From the NCBI RefSeq assembly GCF_001949145.1, contig NW_019091403.1, positions 62,001-124,000 on the forward strand: a stretch of 62,000 bases of DNA, read 5' to 3'. A program made the translations under genes and the position numbers. The notes under the pieces were generated by a model, which saw only the letters and a program-made list of their open reading frames with translations, made no database searches and had not been told where the DNA came from. The DNA comes from Acanthaster planci. Its lineage: Eukaryota. Shown here piece by piece: positions 54,938 through 62,000 of this stretch; position 1 is the stretch's first letter; each line of letters begins with the position of its first letter.

Positions 54938-57900
54938 TCAGAATTGGCTGCTTGACAAGATATGCAGTGCTAGCTCTTCGTCATCTTGTAACATCAATCC
55001 CGTGTCTTGTGATTCCGCCTCCTCCCGTACCCTTGGCCCTTCCCCCTTTCCAGCCGGTTTTCGTTTCTTCTTCACAGTCATCTGGCCGTCCCTCTCCAAC
55101 TTGGCTTTTCTCTTCTTGGTTGTCTCCACTGAGCTCTTATCTATCTTCGTTTTCTTCTTCGTGACCTTCTTTTGCGGCTGTTTTTCTTCGTTGTCGGTTC
55201 CGCCGTTCTCGTCTGCATATTTGTCTGGGTCGGGCAGCGTGTCAGGGTCAAAGGGCACATAGTCCTCGCCAAGGTCAAGTGACGCACCAACATCCTCATC
55301 CTGCAGTAGGCCAAATACTTGATTGTCATTTTGAGCCAATTACCAAGATAGACCAATTACTAATTTAGCACGGGTCGGAATGCCCCCATTAAGTTTTATC
55401 TGAGAATAGGTCTCCCTCAAATGACGTCACTTCCTACACACCACCACCCGCATTAGCGTTTTTGACTTCAATGCTAGTGACGCGCATCGGCCGCGCCTTA
55501 TTTTAAACCCATTTGGATTGGCACACGTGCGAGTTGAGACTATTTTGAACACCATGCATGCGCGCACCATTAGGTGTTGTACACGCAGTTGCAAATTTCC
55601 TACAAAGATGGCGTCCAATGAGAGAGATCTGTTCCAAAAGGAACTTACGTCTGAGTCTTCCCCCTTCCGTCTCCTTGCATATTTCCTGCGTTCTTCTTTT
55701 GCTTTTAGTCTCTCGGCCTGAATCAAAGAGAGCAAATGAGGAAACTCAACAAAGTCTTGATGAGCTCACACTAATCTCAAAAACACTCATCGCTTACATC
55801 TACTCTGAAAAATTGGGGCATAGCTGATCAACTTTGAGGATTTCCTTGTTGAACTCTTGCCGAAAACTTTCACTCTCAAAATGCAAGAAAGTCTGGAGTC
55901 AGAACAATGTTAGGGCTATGTCTTCCCCTTCTAAGAAGGAAATCACATCTCAACGACGTCTGAAATTATCCAACTGCCATCAATCAACTGGGAAAGGATC
56001 TCGCAAAATAAATCTTAAGGCACTGTTTTCATGAGACAGAGAAAACTTAGCTCTTCAATTTGCAATATCAGCTAGTTCAGCATCCTCATAAATAATTGCA
56101 TTGCGTGGGTGAGATAGCATTGACGGTTCCTGTACAAGATTCTTTCAAAAGCCTCGAGTCCAAAAGCGGCTCTGAAGACTTGTGACTTCTTTTGTTCAGT
56201 TGCGTTTATTTTGTTCCCCGGGGTATTGACAGCTCCCTGTGTCTGGTACCCTGACTGCGCCACTGCCTACCTTGTGCTTGGCCCTGATGCGTTCTCGGAA
56301 CGCCCTCTTGTCATGCTGGTCCTCCTCCCTCATCCACATCTTGGCCTTCTCAATGTCAATACCGCCCTCTGCTGGCTGGTCATCGCCAGGCACAACGGTG
56401 CTCTGAATCGGAGGCCACTGCTGGGCAATCTACCAGATGTACAAGAAGACAAGATTTTCTTTCAAATGTCCAGAACCGGACTTATTTTAAAAACACACTA
56501 AACACCAAAACTGGTACACAACATGTTTATTCTTACCTCCCCTTCCTCGTCAAAGATCTTCTTGGTATTGACCGCGATTTTCATGCGGCGAAGTTTCTTC
56601 GCCGTGGCAACCCTAGTGAGTGGCTTCTTTTTTGAGTTTCCAACGTGCTTAGCGCCCTCTATTGTTTCTGATGTGGGATCCCTTTGTTTCTGTCGCAGGG
56701 GAAAAATGCAAAACTGCAAATTATCCAACTGGCATCAAACGATCCCGATACAACCAAGGTCTGCAGTTTTTACACAAAAAGTAACTTCATCTCCTCGACA
56801 TTCTTCAGATTTTTTTTCTGCGACTGAATTGAAGGCAGGGAAACAAGAATGGCCCAAAAAAAGTTGATGATGCAAGAGAAAAAAAAAAGTGATTGGTGAG
56901 TGGATGGTTTGGCCATATCGGACTCACTGGTTTTTCCTCGGTGATGCCAAACACATCCTTCTTCTTAACAACCAGGAAATCTTCATCTTTGTCATCTTCA
57001 TCTCTTGTCTCTGTCTCTGTCTCTGTCTCTCCAGGCATCCTGAACTCCATTTGGGAGGCCTCTCCCAAGCTTGCTTCTGATTCGGAGGCTGATTCAGAAT
57101 TTGATTGCTGCTCGGATGTTCTGGACATGCTCTCTGTTGCCTTTTTCGTCTTGCTAGACTTGGCGGGAGTTCTTAGTCTGTCCTCTGGTATCACTCTTTG
57201 TGTTCTAGGAAGAGCAATTTCTTGACTCGGACTTGGCATCCTTGTAACTTCTTCACTCTCCTCACTTTCTTCTGCATCCTCATCGTCATGACCAATCTTA
57301 GCATCCTCCTGGTGTCGCTTCATCCTCTCAATCTCTGCCTCTTCCAATCTCTCCTCTCCTTGGCTGCGTCTCGGCTTGATGTTGCCTCCCCCTTTGGCCC
57401 GGTTTGGCACTGTGGATCTCAGCTTGGCCACCAGGGCGTCTAGTCCCCCATCCTCCCCGCCTCCCGTCTCATCTTGCTCCTCCTCCATCACCAAGTCGGC
57501 ACCTTGCCTGTGCTGCATCGGTACTGAGAGTGGACCCACGGAACAATAATTAACGACCAATATCAGGATTTTCAGCAGAACTAAGAGAAAGAGAGAGGCG
57601 GACGCAAAAATTGAACCTGTGCCTTCCAGACTGCACTGGTACCCTACCAACTGAGCAACTGAACCCTTCACACCTATCCTGCTGATTTGTGACCGTCTTC
57701 ATTCCTGGAAGTTACCACTTCCAATCAATTTGCTTCAGTTAACAATTATCAACATGATAACTCATAATCAGCCATACAATACAGAACCATGATAAAATGA
57801 AGTGCAACAGAGTTAGGGAAGTGTACACTAAGGTTNNNNNNNNNNNNNNNNNNNNNNNNNNNNNNNNNNNNNNNNNNNNNNNNNNNNNNNNNNNNNNNNN

Positions 57901-60900
57901 NNNNNNNNNNNNNNNNNNNNNNNNNNNNNNNNNNNNNNNNNNNNNNNNNNNNNNNNNNNNNNNNNNNNNNNNNNNNNNNNNNNNNNNNNNNNNNNNNNNN
58001 NNNNNNNNNNNNNNNNNNNNNNNNNNNNNNNNNNNNNNNNNNNNNNNNNNNNNNNNNNNNNNNNNNNNNNNNNNNNNNNNNNNNNNNNNNNNNNNNNNNN
58101 NNNNNNNNNNNNNNNNNNNNNNNNNNNNNNNNNNNNNNNNNNNNNNNNNNNNNNNNNNNNNNNNNNNNNNNNNNNNNNNNNNNNNNNNNNNNNNNNNNNN
58201 NNNNNNNNNNNNNNNNNNNNNNNNNNNNNNNNNNNNNNNNNNNNNNNNNNNNNNNNNNNNNNNNNNNNNNNNNNNNNNNNNNNNNNNNNNNNNNNNNNNN
58301 NNNNNNNNNNNNNNNNNNNNNNNNNNNNNNNNNNNNNNNNNNNNNNNNNNNNNNNNNNNNNNNNNNNNNNNNNNNNNNNNNNNNNNNNNNNNNNNNNNNN
58401 NNNNNNNNNNNNNNNNNNNNNNNNNNNNNNNNNNNNNNNNNNNNNNNNNNNNNNNNNNNNNNNNNNNNNNNNNNNNNNNNNNNNNNNNNNNNNNNNNNNN
58501 NNNNNNNNNNNNNNNNNNNNNNNNNNNNNNNNNNNNNNNNNNNNNNNNNNNNNNNNNNNNNNNNNNNNNNNNNNNNNNNNNNNNNNNNNNNNNNNNNNNN
58601 NNNNNNNNNNNNNNNNNNNNNNNNNNNNNNNNNNNNNNNNNNNNNNNNNNNNNNNNNNNNNNNNNNNNNNNNNNNNNNNNNNNNNNNNNNNNNNNNNNNN
58701 NNNNNNNNNNNNNNNNNNNNNNNNNNNNNNNNNNNNNNNNNNNNNNNNNNNNNNNNNACAGCCTACCCAATCCTCCTTCCAATACTGTCAACTTCCAGGG
58801 GTACCAACGTATAGTTCTTCCCCCTCCCCCGACTGCTAGTCTGCCTCCAATCGTACCTGCCTTCCTGTTGGTCACCTCAGCGTCTCGGCTTTCATCTTCC
58901 TGGTGTTGGAGATGCTCAGAGCTCTTCCGTCTCTTCAGCATCTCTCGCTCCTCTTTCCTCTTGTTGGCTCGCTGGAGGAACCTGACTCGAGGTGGGATGG
59001 CAAGACCCAAGGAGCTAACGGAAAAAAGAAATTAAAGCAAACCTGATAACAGGTTGGAATGTTTCTGATTAAATCAGTACTTCAATCATTGTAATAATTT
59101 CTAGGCATAAAACAAATATTACCCCTCCGCCATGGACTGAGTTTTGTTTGTAGGCATTAGAACAGTAATTTTGCATGCTATAGCTCTTATTAAAAAAAAT
59201 GGGAAAAAGGACTGCAGATGGTTGACTTGTCATGACCTCTGATGTAAATATAGGGGTCACTCACAGGAACAATAATGCAACTGAGGAAGATGTAATGCCT
59301 GGAACATAAACTATCAAGCGAGGAAAGTCAGGGAAACCTGGCATGCAAAATTTGGTGCCCCAAGAAAATTTCCAAGGGGTTTGCCTCGGCTGTAACCTAA
59401 CTGAATCCTCCTGAAATATTCAACTGCCCGGTGTCGGGATCTTGCCTTTCGTAGTTTGCCTGATCCACCCTCATCTCCCCAAATCTCATTCGTTCACACC
59501 CAAAATTACCTACCAACCGTCCCGACATCAGCCAACTTACAAGGAGTATCTCTCCAGGGGGAGTTGGTTGACATCAAAGACGCTCTTGTTCTTCATGAGA
59601 TAGACCGATTTGACGTAGTTGATGAAGCAGCGCTGGGCCGACTGCTTGAGCTCGTGGCTGCCGGCGCAGAGCGACATCAACTTCTTCTGGATGCTCAGCT
59701 TTCGGTTGGGATTGACGCTGCGCAAGTCAAACACGGAAATTTCCAATTTTGTGAAATCTCTTCCAATCTCTTCCAAGACTGAGGCTTCAGGTTATTCTGG
59801 GTTACACTTTTCGATGAAATGAAGCACAGCTCCACAAAGATTTTCCTTGAAAAAATTAGCCTCACAGTACGATTTACAACAGAAATCTTGAATAATTTTG
59901 TAAATAGACTTGCCTCAAATCAAATATCAATTCTGGTGGGGGGAAAATAAAGAACGAAATTTCAGCTTTTAGGATAACACACTTTAAATAGTCACTCTCT
60001 GAAGTTTAATATAAACATCAGAGAGTGACTTTTACAAAAAAACATCAGTTCACAAAAAACACATTAAAGGAATTAAGCTTAGTTTTTATCCATTTTCAGT
60101 TGAAACAAATAAGCCAGATTCGACCTTACGACCTCTACCAACATGTACAATGCTCCAGTCAATTTGCTCCTTTTCAGTTGAAATATATGCAGAAACGAGC
60201 AAAGACCAGAACATTAAAATGTGGCTTTTGACAACAAATTTAAGACCATTCTAAAACTGCTGTATCTTATTGGCTACACCACCACTAGGTTCCCTTTGTT
60301 GGTTCAGCACTCCGCTCAAGTCCATCCCTTCACTCACTTGATCTTCTGGATGGGTATCTTGCGTTCCTCCAGCTGCTCTTTCATCGCCGCCTCCTCGGAG
60401 GGGAGCAGGATGAGCAGGGACTCGCCTCCCCGCTCGTAGCGCGCCGTCCGGCCCACTCGATGGATGTAAGTGCTGGCGTCCTCAGGGCAATCCAACTGCA
60501 CCACCCAGTTGACAGCTGGGAAGTCTGCCGGTTGGTAAAAAAGGAAAAAGACTTAAGAGTCTGCACTTCCGATTCTAATAATGGATGTTTATATGCGCGT
60601 TATAATGAGAAGGAATTTCATGAAGTGACAGATAAGAAGTTACACTCCACGACATAAAGCTAGTTTAACTAGCCTTATTTGCAAGTCCGCCATATTGATA
60701 CGAAAGTCAGATTAACACATTGAAAGATGGCTTCCCAGTAAAAAAAAAATCAGGAATGGAACATTTAATCTGTCACATAAGGGCACTTGTTTTACGTAAC
60801 ACCTGAGAAACTCTCCATAAACCCAGCCCTGATACATGCCAAAATCCCACTCAAAAGTTTAGAAATTTCCTGTGATCATGGGTTGGAATGTTCTATTTGC

Positions 60901-61893
60901 CAGAAACTGTGGAATAGAACATTCAATTTTTCGCCCGGCATATGTTGTGCATTCATGCCAAGCACTGGGCGAAATAATTCAATATCACGACTGACAACCA
61001 GCCAAACATACAAAGTGGATCTAGTCTGGCACTGCACGACAGAAAGTACCTCCATACGGTCTCTCTACAAAACCATAACACTTACCCAGTCCCCTAGCGG
61101 CAATGTCGGTGGCAAACAGCACGGCATAGTCCCTCTGGCAGAACTCATTGTAGATGGCCACCCGTCGCAGCTGATGTAGCGTGCCGTACAGGGCCATAAT
61201 GGTGATGCCCGGGTGCAGGGCGCAGAACACTTCAAAAGTGTACTTCACCTGCACGATGCGGGGTACCAATCAGGGTCGTAATCATAACAGGGGTACAAAC
61301 TACTATGTTAGCAAAGGGCAACTCTCTGTCTCCATTCCACATCTGAAACTGGGGCTCATTCAAGAATTTGACAGTTATGTGTTCGCTGGTAATGGCACAG
61401 AATACCCTGTACATTGACGGCCTACTGGATATGTATCGGTTTAGCAGTTGAGACCATTACAAGGCCAGACAAACGATCATTTGCAGAAACCACTCATAAA
61501 AAAAAACAGTCACAAGTAACCGGGTGAATAATGCTCATCTGAATGGCTTGTGACGTGAATTCAGACTAGAGGACTTGTGTTGGTCTTGTGATGGTCTTCA
61601 GAGGTCTCGACTGTAACACTGTATTGTACCCTTGTTGGAATTTCAACAGGGCCTAGGAGTAAGTCTTTCAAACTTGAGCATTTCCTTTTGCGACACGTAG
61701 TATTTAAGTCCTGAATTCATGAAAATGCTGCCAAAGCAGCTATTGGAGTTGCGGAAGACGGCGGGGATAGACGAATGAGAATCGCTACCTGCTTGCAGCT
61801 GGCCATGAAGACGAGAATCTTCTGCTGGGTGTGATTGCGGATAAAGGAGTACAAGAGGTCCATCTTCTGGTCCAGCTCGCACACGACGTAGCT
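54938..61893 (-). CDS. DDX10: DEAD-box RNA helicase DDX10 (Dbp4), 3' part; exons 61789-61893, 61086-61248, 60338-60524, 59541-59717, 58857-59014, 56928-57523, 56537-56689, 56271-56429, 55649-55717, 54938-55300; 5' exons lie beyond the window end
   Basis: Reads [17 protein letters not shown]...[21 protein letters not shown]...[42 protein letters not shown] (helicase motifs IV-VI), then [42 protein letters not shown], and C-terminal [12 protein letters not shown], all typical of DDX10/Dbp4. The ten exons sum to 2130 nt in frame with GT-AG ends. Confidence 0.93.
57836..58757. other. Assembly gap (922 N) inside a DDX10 intron
   Basis: Run of N. The flanking exon ends (58857 donor, 57523 acceptor) are both phase 1, so no exon need be missing. 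Confidence 0.98.
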
Positions 61894-62000
61894 CTGCATG
61901 AACAGGACCAAATAAAAAACTGGATCTATGACAAAAGGCTCCGAGGCAACAGGCTGGGGTTTTAGGTAACAAGATAAGACAAATCACCCGACCGGTGTTT

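Noticed and set aside
57739..59035. The 423-aa and 412-aa ORFs in the track
   Set aside because: Artefacts of the 922-N gap; only 58857-59014 (minus) is real DDX10 coding sequence.

Overview
Intron-rich animal genomic DNA, probably an invertebrate deuterostome such as a sea star (inferred from the vertebrate-like proteins and pervasive TACATGTA motifs). Splicing exons by hand gives six protein-coding genes, all with GT-AG introns and consistent phases. Left to right: the 5' part of a Quaking/STAR RNA-binding gene (QKI, minus strand, 18-kb intron 1, continues past the left edge); SLC35F2-like transporter (minus, 6 exons, complete); RAB39 (plus, 2 exons, head-to-head with SLC35F2, 314 bp between the ATGs); LYRM2 (plus, 3 exons, absent from the ORF track); a secreted astacin metalloprotease with one C-terminal kringle (minus, 6 exons, complete); and the 3' part of DDX10 (minus, 10 exons visible, with a 922-N gap in an intron). 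Non-coding features include a tRNA-derived Pol III-type element, several MITE-like inverted-repeat elements, a perfect 28-bp palindrome flanked by direct repeats upstream of LYRM2, and short tandem duplications. Most notable are the astacin-kringle architecture and a gene order that joins neighbours of human 11q22.3 (SLC35F2, RAB39A, DDX10) with genes of human 6q (QKI, LYRM2, SLC35F1). I found no clearly new multi-gene system. Gene identities and human map positions are recalled, not searched.
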